Notes: generated by a model not told the origin, from the sequence alone. DNA of 64,000 nt from an uncultured Bifidobacteriaceae bacterium (GCA_964572965.1 CAZNHL010000001.1:58109-122108), one strand, 5' to 3'; shown: positions 29,410 through 38,720, numbered from the stretch's first letter. Made by a program: numbers and translations.

Positions 29410-29468
29410 GTTAGATGTTAGATGTTAGATGTTAGATGTTAGATGTTAGATGTTAGATGTTAGATGTT
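29410..29468. repeat. Tandem heptanucleotide array (GTTAGAT) x8 plus a partial unit
   Basis: Eight perfect GTTAGAT units at 29410-29465, starting 2 nt after the trmD stop codon. Confidence 0.95.
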
Positions 29469-29493
29469 TTTACAAAATATTCTTTCAAAAAAT

Positions 29494-29549
29494 ATCTCAT
29501 ATCTCATATCTCATATCTCATATCTCATATCTCATATCTCATATCTCAA
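29494..29549. repeat. Tandem heptanucleotide array (ATCTCAT) x7 plus one 6/7 unit
   Basis: Perfect units at 29494-29542 and ATCTCAA at 29543-29549. The array ends directly against the nuoA stop codon (29550-29552). Confidence 0.95.
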
Positions 29550-30026
29550 TTAAGAATACTTCTCATTTACTTTTGCATATAAGTCAGCTGGAATATTTGA
29601 CTTATAGTTTGTAGCAACAGGTTCGGGTTTTACCCAATCCAGGTAACCTTTTACCCATGCATAAGCTAAGCCTAAAGCCAGCATAACTACAAATAAACCT
29701 ACCTCTGCCAAAGAAAACCAGCCCCAAAGACCATTTGTTTCTTTAATTAAATATGCATCTCCAAAAACTGTTGCCCAAGGAAATAACAATACCAATTCAA
29801 CATCAAACAATATGAAAATCAGCGCAACAATATAAAAGCGCGAATTAAATTGACCCCAGGCACTGCCTTCTGTATCTTCACCACACTCATATGAGCTTAG
29901 CTTTTCTGCATTTGGCTTATCAGTACGAAGCAACCAGGCAAGGCTCATCATGGCCATGATGAATAACACTGCTCCAATAATAAAGATCAGTGTTACACCA
30001 AAATCACTCAGTTCGTTTGCTTTCAT
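29550..30026 (-). CDS. nuoA: NADH:quinone oxidoreductase subunit A-like protein (orphan, no adjacent nuoB-N)
   Basis: 158 aa with three TM helices. It carries the YECGEDTEGSAWGQFNSRFYIVALIFILFDVELVLLFPWA signature of NuoA/ND3, plus a C-terminal extension of about 30 aa. Confidence 0.8.
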   Translation of the reverse strand: MKANELSDFGVTLIFIIGAVLFIMAMMSLAWLLRTDKPNAEKLSSYECGEDTEGSAWGQFNSRFYIVALIFILFDVELVLLFPWATVFGDAYLIKETNGLWGWFSLAEVGLFVVMLALGLAYAWVKGYLDWVKPEPVATNYKSNIPADLYAKVNEKYS

Positions 30027-30059
30027 TGCTACAAATTTAGACTATTTTCTACAGCTGAA

Positions 30060-32582
30060 CTAATCCATGTTCATGAATTCCTCCGGGTTCAGCTCAACAG
30101 GCTTTTTAGGATCTGTTCTGGCAGGATCAGGATCTTTCTTAAAAATCTGTTTAAATTCTTCCTTCTCCTTCTTCCAACCTTCTTTAATATTTTGCTTTGC
30201 GGTAGCCTTATCATAAGCAATTTTAAGGTCATCAGAAGTGCCGCTAACAGTTAATAACAAACTTACCCCTCCTTTTCCGTCACTCTCAATAACTCCGAAA
30301 CGTTCGTCCTTATCCCTCTTTTTAGGGTTTTTAAGTGAAACTTTCACTTTGTAAGCCATCTTATTATCAAAAGTGTGTGTCCCCATAATTGAAACGGTAT
30401 TCACATTTGACTTTATCTCCATTTCAGGAATAATGACTGTTTGGTCCTGTATATGGAAATTGTTCTTTAATTCTGAGAAACGAATATCGGCCAATTCATC
30501 TTCATCAATAAATTTCGAGAGTTTTTGCATGGGTTCGAAATTCTTCAATCTCCCGTTTTTGATGGTTACATTGATATCAGAAACAACTGAAGGCAGATTA
30601 ATTTCCATCTTTTCATTAAGGGTCAGCTTAAGAGAAATCTCCGTCACCAGTTGTCCCTGCAGGTTTTTATCTGTAATGAATTTTTGTCCAAAATTTTCAA
30701 ACAAAAACAAGGCACTATCAATATGAATACCATTCATATTGATTTTTGTATCAATATTGATCTTTTTAAGATTTGTCGCATCCAGACTACCGGCAATTTT
30801 AAAACTGCCCCCTGCAACATTAGATGATAAGCCTTTGCTGGTAATTTTTGTACGATCCTGTGCTACATGCCCTTTCAATTGTCTCAAATCAAACCTTCTG
30901 AACAAAAGTCTGTCAACCTTACAATTTAAGTCACAATCAAGCCTTTCCGGTAAAGCAAAAGTACTGGTCTGATCTTTGTTTTCTTTTTCCGGGTCAATAT
31001 TGAGAAGTTCATTCAAATCTGTAAAATTTGAAGCATATTTGGCTTGTACATGCAACTTTTCATCAGGGAATAAGAAAAACGAAACTACATTAGTGAACAG
31101 ACCTTCCAAACGAGCATCTGTATTACCCAGTTGCCCGCTTAGTTCAACCACATTCACATCGTTATTATTAAACTGAAACTCCAAACGTCCACTCTGTAAG
31201 GGTTGCTTATACTTCTGAAGTTTAAGAAAAAGGTTCTCACACTTCATGTCTCCATCAACAATGATTTTGTTTTTCTTCTTAGGGTCTTTGAGGTCTTCCA
31301 AACGGCCAGCAAAGTCCAACATCAGATGCAATTGACCTTTTGCCTTTTCAATGTCCTTATTTGGGAAAAGGCGCACCAGACTTGCCAGATCAATCTCTCC
31401 AGAGAAGTCTGCCTTCACAAAAGGGTCTTTAAAATTGGTCATCAGGAAATTACCTGAAAACTTCTTATTCTCAAGTAAACCGGAAACATTTCTTAGCTCT
31501 AGCTCAGGAACACCTGTTTTTGCACCATTATTGAAACTTCCCGTCAAGACTACTTCGTCTAAACTTTCTTTTGTTTCGGGATGATAAAAAGTAGCCTGTT
31601 CACAACCAAAACTCACTTTTATTTCAGGAGACTCTTTTTCAGAAATCTGACCGTCAACTACGGCATTAAAATAAACATTGCCCTTGCTATGATACTTACT
31701 CAGATCATCATAAAGATCTTTTGGCAAGAAAGAAAGCAGTAATTGTACCGTTGAGTTTTTGCCGGAAACAAACAAATGAATAAAGTCTTTCTTACCGTCA
31801 TATTTCCCCGAAAGCTCAAAGTTTGCCTGCTGAAGACCAAGTGCCGAAGGCTGAATAACAAATAAGCGCGTACTCTTCTGATAACTCAATTCACTTTTTA
31901 TATCAATCAGTTTATCTGTAAAATAACGCTTGCCTCCTATTTGCACCTGATTAACCAGGTAACGACCTTTCAGTGAAATATTCATCAGGTCGTCCAGATA
32001 ACGGAATTTTGCAAAAGAATGGTCCGTATGGATCGCGATATCCTGTTCCTTGATCGCATTAATGTAACGTACACTTACATCATCCATCAAAATATCTTTC
32101 AGGTCGAAAGTAATAGGAGGTACTTCTTCCGTTGATGTTGACTTCTTAAAAATGTCATAATTATTTAACCCGGCTTTATTAACGGCCAGATTACACCTTC
32201 CCATTCTTACTTTAATTTCTTTTACATCGTAACGCCCTTCCCATATATCCCACACATTAAAACTGAAATAAACGTCTTTTGCTTTCAACATTTTCAGTGA
32301 ATCTCCCGGCAATGTCCCTTCAATTTCTATATTATGTAAACTAATACTAGCCTGCGGGAAATTGGTCCAGACAGAAAAATCTATTTTATCTACCTTGACA
32401 GGAGTGTTCAAATATCTGTTTGCCTCATCCACAAAAGCCTGAATAATACGGTCTTTATAGAACCACGTAAACGCCCCTAAACCACCAGCAAAAATGGTGA
32501 TTATCAGGAAGGTGTACAGAAGGGAGCGAAATATAAAACGTCGTAGATTCAATAGGAATAGGGTTTTTACTCTATGTTTCAA
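30060..32582 (-). CDS. AsmA-family / AsmA-like C-terminal domain protein
   Basis: 840 aa with a TTG start and an N-terminal TM (LLYTFLIITIFAGGLGAFTWF). It has a long beta-rich body of AsmA/TamB-like composition. It lies 33 bp upstream of nuoA on the same strand. Confidence 0.65.
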   Translation of the reverse strand: MKHRVKTLFLLNLRRFIFRSLLYTFLIITIFAGGLGAFTWFYKDRIIQAFVDEANRYLNTPVKVDKIDFSVWTNFPQASISLHNIEIEGTLPGDSLKMLKAKDVYFSFNVWDIWEGRYDVKEIKVRMGRCNLAVNKAGLNNYDIFKKSTSTEEVPPITFDLKDILMDDVSVRYINAIKEQDIAIHTDHSFAKFRYLDDLMNISLKGRYLVNQVQIGGKRYFTDKLIDIKSELSYQKSTRLFVIQPSALGLQQANFELSGKYDGKKDFIHLFVSGKNSTVQLLLSFLPKDLYDDLSKYHSKGNVYFNAVVDGQISEKESPEIKVSFGCEQATFYHPETKESLDEVVLTGSFNNGAKTGVPELELRNVSGLLENKKFSGNFLMTNFKDPFVKADFSGEIDLASLVRLFPNKDIEKAKGQLHLMLDFAGRLEDLKDPKKKNKIIVDGDMKCENLFLKLQKYKQPLQSGRLEFQFNNNDVNVVELSGQLGNTDARLEGLFTNVVSFFLFPDEKLHVQAKYASNFTDLNELLNIDPEKENKDQTSTFALPERLDCDLNCKVDRLLFRRFDLRQLKGHVAQDRTKITSKGLSSNVAGGSFKIAGSLDATNLKKINIDTKINMNGIHIDSALFLFENFGQKFITDKNLQGQLVTEISLKLTLNEKMEINLPSVVSDINVTIKNGRLKNFEPMQKLSKFIDEDELADIRFSELKNNFHIQDQTVIIPEMEIKSNVNTVSIMGTHTFDNKMAYKVKVSLKNPKKRDKDERFGVIESDGKGGVSLLLTVSGTSDDLKIAYDKATAKQNIKEGWKKEKEEFKQIFKKDPDPARTDPKKPVELNPEEFMNMD

Positions 32583-32756
32583 AGTTCATTCTAAAATCAG
32601 GGAATAAAAAATATTTAGAAATTTTTTACCGAAGTGTTTGCAGTTTCCAAAATTTTCCCCACCTTTGCATCACCAAAACGGAAAACAACAACGAAAGTTG
32701 TTTAAACCGGAAAGGAGATTCTGAAACGACAGAATTTAACAAATACAAAAAGCTCT

Positions 32757-32831
32757 GGGAGATTAGCTCAGCTGGTTCAGAGCACCTGCCTTACAAGCAG
32801 GGGGTCACTGGTTCGAACCCAGTATCTCCCA
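32757..32831 (+). tRNA. tRNA-Val (anticodon UAC)
   Basis: 75-nt cloverleaf read by hand: acceptor GGGAGAT/ATCTCCC, D arm GCTC..GAGC, anticodon stem CCTGC/GCAGG with loop CTTACAA, T arm ACTGG-TTCGAAC-CCAGT, discriminator A. CCA is not encoded. Confidence 0.9.
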
Positions 32832-32832
32832 C

Positions 32833-32868
32833 AAACCCTTCAGATATTCTGAGGGGTTTTTCTTTTTT
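32833..32868 (+). terminator. Rho-independent terminator after tRNA-Val
   Basis: Stem AAACCCTTCAG (32833-32843) with CTGAGGGGTTT (32849-32859), followed by a T-rich run. Confidence 0.75.
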
Positions 32869-32944
32869 ATAGCCCATGGTTTAAAGCGTGGGCTATAATA
32901 AAATAGTCGTTTGAGAAAGGAGTATTTTCTATACATTTGAGTGT

Positions 32945-33394
32945 ATGAAAGCTTTTTCTTCTAAAATTCTATTTTCCTTTTTTCTCTTCTTGATAACGAC
33001 AATATCTGCCAATGCCCAAACAAGATTCTATTTTGTAGCAGTTCATTGCACGAGCAAAGCCAACACTGATACTACTGACATTTGCAAAGAGTCATTTTAT
33101 ACTTCGGTATTTTCAACTCCACGCCCTGGAATGGAATATCAAATTCGTAAACAGATAGCCCAGTCCTTTGAGTCAACGTATCGGAAAATAGCTAAAAAGT
33201 GTAACTGTAATAGTATACTTCCTGAAGTACATGGGCCTTATTCATCCATAAATGGAGCCCGATATGAAATGGACAGACTTGTATCCGCTTATCAATACCT
33301 TGCCCGACTACATTTTTTTGACTTCTTCTTCATTCCTGACAAACCTAATCTGGATGATGATCAAAACTACTTTCTATTTCCCCAATTCAGATAA
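32945..33394 (+). CDS. Hypothetical secreted protein
   Basis: 149 aa with a signal peptide ending ANAQ and several Cys residues. No recognised domain. Confidence 0.45.
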   Translation: MKAFSSKILFSFFLFLITTISANAQTRFYFVAVHCTSKANTDTTDICKESFYTSVFSTPRPGMEYQIRKQIAQSFESTYRKIAKKCNCNSILPEVHGPYSSINGARYEMDRLVSAYQYLARLHFFDFFFIPDKPNLDDDQNYFLFPQFR

Positions 33395-33410
33395 TTATAA
33401 TTGATTAAGG

Positions 33411-34346
33411 CTACCCAAAGTCAAAAAATGTAATAAAATACAGGCCATTTGCTAAGCCCTGGCAATTGATTTCTTCTGTAGCTGTCTCCGACATCAGGTC
33501 TCCTGCCAAAACAGTTTCCCCTGCCATATTTGTAATATAATATTTACCGGCTGCCAAAGCACCCTCTCCGAGATTAACATTCAACACTTCCTTAACCGGG
33601 TTATTATAAGTAATAGCATCTGAGAAAGTCTGATCACTCACTGTTGTTGTTACTCCTGTAAGTGAATTTAAATAACCAACCAAAGGAGATACAAAGAAAT
33701 TATCCCCAACCAGATACTGGAACAAAATTGCACCATTATCAGCATTATACCAGAAGTAAACAGGAAATGAATACAAGACTTCTGAAACATCAGCTCTTAC
33801 AAGTAGCGCTTTGGAATAAGTAGCACCACCCGGTAACTTCAAAGTGCCATAGCCTATGCATGTAATATCGTATTCTCCTCCAAAAGAAGAACCACTGTTT
33901 GCCCAAGTGTCTTTATTTGACGCACCATATGTTAAGGGGAAAATATATTCAACCTGTGGGTCAGAGTATATATTAGCAGTGCTATTCCTATATGACCCAA
34001 CACGCTCCATTTTTGATGAAGTAAGTGAAAAATACCTGTAGGCCGTAGAATTTCCACTTTCCTGATATCCATAATTGGCTGTAGGAAATGTTGAAGCATA
34101 GGGTGTATTAGCAGGATTAACAATCTTTACATTAAGTTCACCAAGTGTAGGATCTGCTGCAAGATTACTGAAATCCCAGGTTACATTTTCTCCTTTTGTA
34201 GTGTCAATAGTAGTATACTGGCTAACATACTTCGTATTCATAACAGAACCAAATGGTAGCATCTTATCACTTGTAAGACTAGGTTTTTGGGCAAATGCTG
34301 TAACTGTAAGCAGCAATGCAAAAGCTGAGTAAAAAGTTTTTCTCAT
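33411..34346 (-). CDS. Secreted protein with T9SS C-terminal sorting domain
   Basis: The start was trimmed to MRKTFYSAFALLLTVTAFAQ (ATG at 34346). The C-terminus NPVKEVLNVNL...YYITNMAGETVL...GLANGLYFITF resembles the type A Por secretion-tail domain. Confidence 0.6.
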   Translation of the reverse strand: MRKTFYSAFALLLTVTAFAQKPSLTSDKMLPFGSVMNTKYVSQYTTIDTTKGENVTWDFSNLAADPTLGELNVKIVNPANTPYASTFPTANYGYQESGNSTAYRYFSLTSSKMERVGSYRNSTANIYSDPQVEYIFPLTYGASNKDTWANSGSSFGGEYDITCIGYGTLKLPGGATYSKALLVRADVSEVLYSFPVYFWYNADNGAILFQYLVGDNFFVSPLVGYLNSLTGVTTTVSDQTFSDAITYNNPVKEVLNVNLGEGALAAGKYYITNMAGETVLAGDLMSETATEEINCQGLANGLYFITFFDFG

Positions 34347-34445
34347 AGTAAATTGTATGTTTAACAGACAAATATAGTAAACACCGTTAATTAAGAGAAC
34401 CACTTTCAATTCCTCTTTGTTCTAATGCGGACAAAGAATTTTTGG

Positions 34446-35465
34446 ATGAAAAATAATATCAGATTAAGCGTATTAGATCAGTCACCTGTGAAAAGAGGTG
34501 GTACAGCAAGACAAGCTATATTAGAAACAACAGAACTCGCCCGTCTGACTGATAAGTTAGGTTATACACGCTTCTGGGTTTCTGAACACCATAATATTAC
34601 AAGCCTTGCAGGATCAACTCCGGAAGTGTTGATTGCCCATTTAGCAGGCGAAACACAGCACATGCGTATTGGTTCAGGAGGCATTATGCTTCCTAATCAC
34701 AGTGCTTTAAAAGTTGCTGAAAACTTCCGTATGTTAGAGACTCTTTTTCCGGGACGGATAGATTTAGGAATGGGCCGTGCACCAGGAGGGGATAGAATCA
34801 CTTCTTCTCTTTTAAATCCTACCAACAAATTCAGTGAGAGAGATTTTATAGAACAGTTGACCGATCTGCAAAATTTTTTGAATGATACGCCTGATCTGGG
34901 ATCAGTAATGGCTAAAATAAAAGCCATTCCTATTGCAGAAACAGTACCTCATTTATGGTTATTAACTTCCAGCGGGCATAGCGGAATTATTGCAGCGCAT
35001 TTTGGTATGGCACTTTCATTTGCACATTTCATTAACCCGATTGGTGGCCCGGAAACTATGCAAATGTATTATCAGCAATTTAAACCGTCGGAGCAATTTC
35101 CTGAAGCTCAAGGAAGTGTTGGTGTATTTGTACTATGTGCAGAAACTGAAGAAAAGGCATTGGAACTGCAAATAGCCATGGACTGGCGCATGCTCAATAT
35201 TGAAAAGGGTTTACATGAAGGGCTTCCCTCTCTGGAAGAATTAAAAGCAATCAGGTACTCAATTCCTGAATTAGAGCGCATTACATTTAACCGTCAAAGA
35301 ATGATTTTTGGAACGCCGGAGTCGGTGAAGCAACAAATAGAGGTTCTGGCCGGGAAATACAATGTAGACGAAGTTGTAGTAGCTACTATCACCAATGAAT
35401 TTGAAGACAGAAAGAAGTCTTATGAATTATTGGCTAAAGCTTTTAATTTATCTGTTTCAAACTAA
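34446..35465 (+). CDS. LLM-class flavin-dependent oxidoreductase (luciferase family, group 1)
   Basis: LSVLDQSPV...LGYTRFWVSEHHN...GSTPEVLIAHLAGETQHMRIGSGGIMLPNHSALKVAENF..LFPGRIDLGMGRAPGGD matches the TIGR03558-type pattern. The ATG at 34446 is preferred as the start. Confidence 0.85.
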   Translation: MKNNIRLSVLDQSPVKRGGTARQAILETTELARLTDKLGYTRFWVSEHHNITSLAGSTPEVLIAHLAGETQHMRIGSGGIMLPNHSALKVAENFRMLETLFPGRIDLGMGRAPGGDRITSSLLNPTNKFSERDFIEQLTDLQNFLNDTPDLGSVMAKIKAIPIAETVPHLWLLTSSGHSGIIAAHFGMALSFAHFINPIGGPETMQMYYQQFKPSEQFPEAQGSVGVFVLCAETEEKALELQIAMDWRMLNIEKGLHEGLPSLEELKAIRYSIPELERITFNRQRMIFGTPESVKQQIEVLAGKYNVDEVVVATITNEFEDRKKSYELLAKAFNLSVSN

Positions 35466-36004
35466 GGACTTGGATTGTCATCAGGAAAGATACCTTTGTC
35501 TTTCCAGTGCTTTAATTTCATGAAAATATAGCCAAGACTATAAGCAACAACACTACCGAATAATATTTCCAGACTACGGTCAAGAGCAATGCCCATTGCA
35601 TCTTTCCAGGTAGAGTGTTCCACAATTGACGGCAGCATGAGAATAACGACAGTAGTTGGTGCCAGTTTCCAACTTACCGGATAGCTTTTGAATGATGTAC
35701 CTATAATTACCGACAAGGTGATTGCACACATCATTCCTAAAATATTAATCAGGCCAACATACATAAAGGTCAAACCTAAAATACCACCCATAATGGTATT
35801 GACTATTCTTGAAAGGGTTGCTGTCCTTACACTCTCAAAATCCGGTTCTGTAATTACTATTACCGAAATCATTGCCCATATCTTTTTGGAGTCTTCAATA
35901 TGAGGAAGTGAAAACCATACAATCAATAGCCCAAGTATGATTCGTGATGAATAGATTAAAGAGTCATTGTTAAAAGTAAAGTGCTTACGCATAGAAGTCC
36001 ACAT
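35462..36004 (-). CDS. Small FUSC/ArAE-like integral membrane protein
   Basis: 180 aa with 4-5 TM helices. The pattern W.MISVIVITEP......T..R..NTIMGGILG is reminiscent of the aromatic acid exporter/FUSC N-terminal domain. Confidence 0.4.
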   Translation of the reverse strand: MWTSMRKHFTFNNDSLIYSSRIILGLLIVWFSLPHIEDSKKIWAMISVIVITEPDFESVRTATLSRIVNTIMGGILGLTFMYVGLINILGMMCAITLSVIIGTSFKSYPVSWKLAPTTVVILMLPSIVEHSTWKDAMGIALDRSLEILFGSVVAYSLGYIFMKLKHWKDKGIFPDDNPSP

Positions 36005-36051
36005 TCTGTATTTATACCTTTAAACGTAAGCAACACACATCATGCCGAAAT

Positions 36052-36576
36052 TTATACACTTCTTGCTGAATTTCTCAAAGCAGCAATTCTCTCCTCAAAA
36101 GTGTGCTCAGCAACTGGCATATTGACTCCTTCAAAAAGATCGATTAAAGCCTTACTATGAACTTCGGTTTTATTCGTCTTCATATTAAAGTGCGTAAACT
36201 GTGACCACAAAACAGCTTTAAGAGACTTTTTATGTTCATCATACATTCTGATCTCAACAGAAATACTTTTCTCGCCAAGTCTGATAAGCTGGCTTTGAAT
36301 TGTCACACGCTCCATAATATGAGCCGGTCTGAAATAGGCAATCTGATTCTGGGTCACAAACCAGATCAACCCATTTTCTTTAGCAAAAGCGAAAATGTCT
36401 AAGCCATAGTATTCTCTTATATGATCTTCACGGGCATTGATCATATAGTTAATATAACTCGCATTATTGAGATGCTGATTAGGGTCGCAATCCTGAAACC
36501 TGATCAAAACTGTATTTTCGGGTAATTTCTCTCCTGAATTTGTCATATTGAACATATAATCAATTTGTTGATGCAA
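36052..36576 (-). CDS. Acyl-CoA thioesterase (hotdog fold, 4HBT/YbgC-like)
   Basis: 174 aa. VLIRFQDCDPNQHLNNASYINYMINARE is typical of 4HBT thioesterases. Confidence 0.7.
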   Translation of the reverse strand: MHQQIDYMFNMTNSGEKLPENTVLIRFQDCDPNQHLNNASYINYMINAREDHIREYYGLDIFAFAKENGLIWFVTQNQIAYFRPAHIMERVTIQSQLIRLGEKSISVEIRMYDEHKKSLKAVLWSQFTHFNMKTNKTEVHSKALIDLFEGVNMPVAEHTFEERIAALRNSARSV

Positions 36577-36589
36577 TATATAAACGTTT

Positions 36590-36637
36590 TATACCAATCG
36601 GTATATTTTTAATTTGTTTTTTATACCAAATGGTATA
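36590..36637. promoter_or_regulatory. Duplicated palindromic operator (TATACC-N4-GGTATA) in the thioesterase/TetR divergent region
   Basis: TATACCAATCGGTATA at 36590-36605 and TATACCAAATGGTATA at 36622-36637, each followed by TTTTT. The second overlaps a TAnnTTTG -7 box (TATTTTTG, 36636-36643) located 19 nt before the tetR ATG. Confidence 0.6.
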
Positions 36638-36661
36638 TTTTTGCAAAATACTTGTCTTAGA

Positions 36662-37255
36662 ATGTCTAAAGCCCTAAAAACCAAACAATTCATTATTGAA
36701 AAAACTGCTCCGGTCTTTAATCAGAAAGGTTTTGCAGGAACGTCACTTTCTGATCTTACAGCAGCTACCGGTTTAACCAAAGGTGCTATTTATGGAAACT
36801 TTGAAAACAAAGATGAAATAGCGATTGCCGCATTCGACCATAATGTTGCCATATTGATTCAGGGTATCAGAGAGAAACAGGAAACAAAAAAAGATACAGT
36901 AGGAAAATTGCTGGCTTATGTGGAATTCTACAGAACAGCTTTTGAAAACGAAGCGCTTCTGATGGGCTGCCCTCTGGTCAACATGGCCACCGAAGCTGAT
37001 GATACACATCCTATTCTCAGGGAAAAAGTAAAAGCTGTTTTCCAGATGTGGCAAAAAAGTGTTGAAAAGCTAGTACAGCAAGGAATTGACGAGTGGAAAA
37101 TCCGTAGAAACATAAACCCACACGCATTCTCTTGTGTAATGATTTCGATGATTCAGGGTGGGATGACTATTTCAAAAGCGACAGGTGATCATTCATTTCT
37201 GAATAGTTCACTTGATAGACTGGAAACCTGGATACGGACGGAAGTGCTACTGTAA
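36662..37255 (+). CDS. TetR/AcrR family transcriptional regulator
   Basis: N-terminal HTH motif: FNQKGFAGTSLSDLTAATGLTKGAIYGNFENKDEI. The start was trimmed to the ATG at 36662. Confidence 0.85.
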   Translation: MSKALKTKQFIIEKTAPVFNQKGFAGTSLSDLTAATGLTKGAIYGNFENKDEIAIAAFDHNVAILIQGIREKQETKKDTVGKLLAYVEFYRTAFENEALLMGCPLVNMATEADDTHPILREKVKAVFQMWQKSVEKLVQQGIDEWKIRRNINPHAFSCVMISMIQGGMTISKATGDHSFLNSSLDRLETWIRTEVLL

Positions 37256-37317
37256 TTCTGGTATTGACGGATTTAGATTACTTTGTCTTTTTACCTTGCC
37301 GGCCCAATCAGATAAGA

Positions 37318-38277
37318 CTATTCAATTTTAAGCCAGATAACATCTGTCCGCTGTTTGGGTAGTTTTGTCAACTTATCATAGTTCCAGTTAGCATTGTTAT
37401 CAGAAATGATGAAGATTGTTTTCTTTGCATCCAGATCAGGGCCAAAACACATGCCTTCATAATTGTCAGTATCAGGCACAAAGCCTTTCAACACAAGTGA
37501 GTCTGCTATAAAGGCTGGTTGAAGCCCCTTCTTCTTTGTATTTACATTAAACCAAAATATCCGGACAGACACACGGCGGATATCTTTGTCATAAGCTCTT
37601 TCCATTACAAGCATGGAATCCGCATTGTATAGTAAGATTTCAGTAACTCCATTATCTGCCTTTGCAGCACTCGTCAATCCGCTATCCATTGGATACTCTA
37701 GTGACTCTTGGGCCTTTGCAGAAGAGTTTGGGATAGCATAACTCTCCAAAATCACTTTTCCTTTAAACTCTCCTGTGTCATAAGGTCTTTCGTTGACTAC
37801 CCATAAAGACTTACCATCATGTGACAGGCTCATGCTTTCAATGCCGCTATTGTGCCGCATATTATGATAATGTGCGGCAAGGACCTCTCCCTTGAAATTC
37901 AACACTTTACTATTTAAATCTGCAGTCAGCACTTGGGCCTTTACCTTGCCATTTGGCATGTCCTCTTCCTGGGCTACCAATAGTTTTTTATTATTGTCAA
38001 AAAGACGTACAGATTCAAAACTGCTCTTAACAGACACATTGGTCATAACAGAATCAACAACAGCCATTACCTTTGTTGACCTGTCGAAAGAAGCTATGTA
38101 TATTTTGTTCTGGTAATCGCTAACCAGGTAATAGAGAGAGTCATTCTTTTTATCTATGCCGGAAATACAGCAAGGGAATTGACGCTGCTCAATTTTGGCA
38201 ATGGCATGCATGCTTTTTTGTGCATGCACAGCCATAAACATTAAACTCAAACCAATCAGTAACAACAGCTTTTTCAT
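37318..38277 (-). CDS. Secreted esterase-like-activity-of-phytase family (beta-propeller) protein
   Basis: 319 aa with a signal peptide. NSGIESMSLSHDGKSLWVVNERP and NYEGMCFGPD...IFIISDNN resemble Phytase-like (PF13449) motifs. Confidence 0.5.
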   Translation of the reverse strand: MKKLLLLIGLSLMFMAVHAQKSMHAIAKIEQRQFPCCISGIDKKNDSLYYLVSDYQNKIYIASFDRSTKVMAVVDSVMTNVSVKSSFESVRLFDNNKKLLVAQEEDMPNGKVKAQVLTADLNSKVLNFKGEVLAAHYHNMRHNSGIESMSLSHDGKSLWVVNERPYDTGEFKGKVILESYAIPNSSAKAQESLEYPMDSGLTSAAKADNGVTEILLYNADSMLVMERAYDKDIRRVSVRIFWFNVNTKKKGLQPAFIADSLVLKGFVPDTDNYEGMCFGPDLDAKKTIFIISDNNANWNYDKLTKLPKQRTDVIWLKIE

Positions 38278-38342
38278 CCGAAATTCATATCTCTATCGGA
38301 TAAAGTTATTCATCTTTATAAGCATTCATAGCCACTGCAGTT

Positions 38343-38720
38343 TTATATTTTCATTATGAAATGTTTATCAGAAAACAGCAAAACCACAGAAAGGACGCAC
38401 ATGACCAGTGAATTGTAATAGTAATCATATTCCTGATGAGCCATATGTGCAGTAAATGCTCCCACAGCAAAAGGGAAAAGTAATAAAATCCCTGCATTCT
38501 TCAATTGTGGTTTAAACAACCCTGCAATAAGCAGAACAACCCCGAGCAGTTCTCCTACACCAATGGCAATAGTCCAGGTTTTGTTAAATCCCAATGAAGC
38601 CATATTAGCCATCATAGATTCTTTCTGAAATACTTTGAAAAGAGAGGCGTAGCCAAATACATACAAGTAATAGGCGTAGCTCAGCCAGTGCACAAACATT
38701 TTTACTGTTTCCATCGTCAT
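38343..38720 (-). CDS. DoxX-family membrane protein
   Basis: About 125 aa with 4 TM helices, divergent from an HxlR regulator, which is a common pairing. The start is uncertain: 38720, 38714 or 38774. Confidence 0.5.
   Translation of the reverse strand: MTMETVKMFVHWLSYAYYLYVFGYASLFKVFQKESMMANMASLGFNKTWTIAIGVGELLGVVLLIAGLFKPQLKNAGILLLFPFAVGAFTAHMAHQEYDYYYNSLVMCVLSVVLLFSDKHFIMKI

Noticed and set aside
29410-29549. Heptamer arrays considered as a CRISPR array
   Set aside because: The units are only 7 nt, directly tandem with no spacers, and there are no cas genes. They are reported instead as paired microsatellite hairpin arms.
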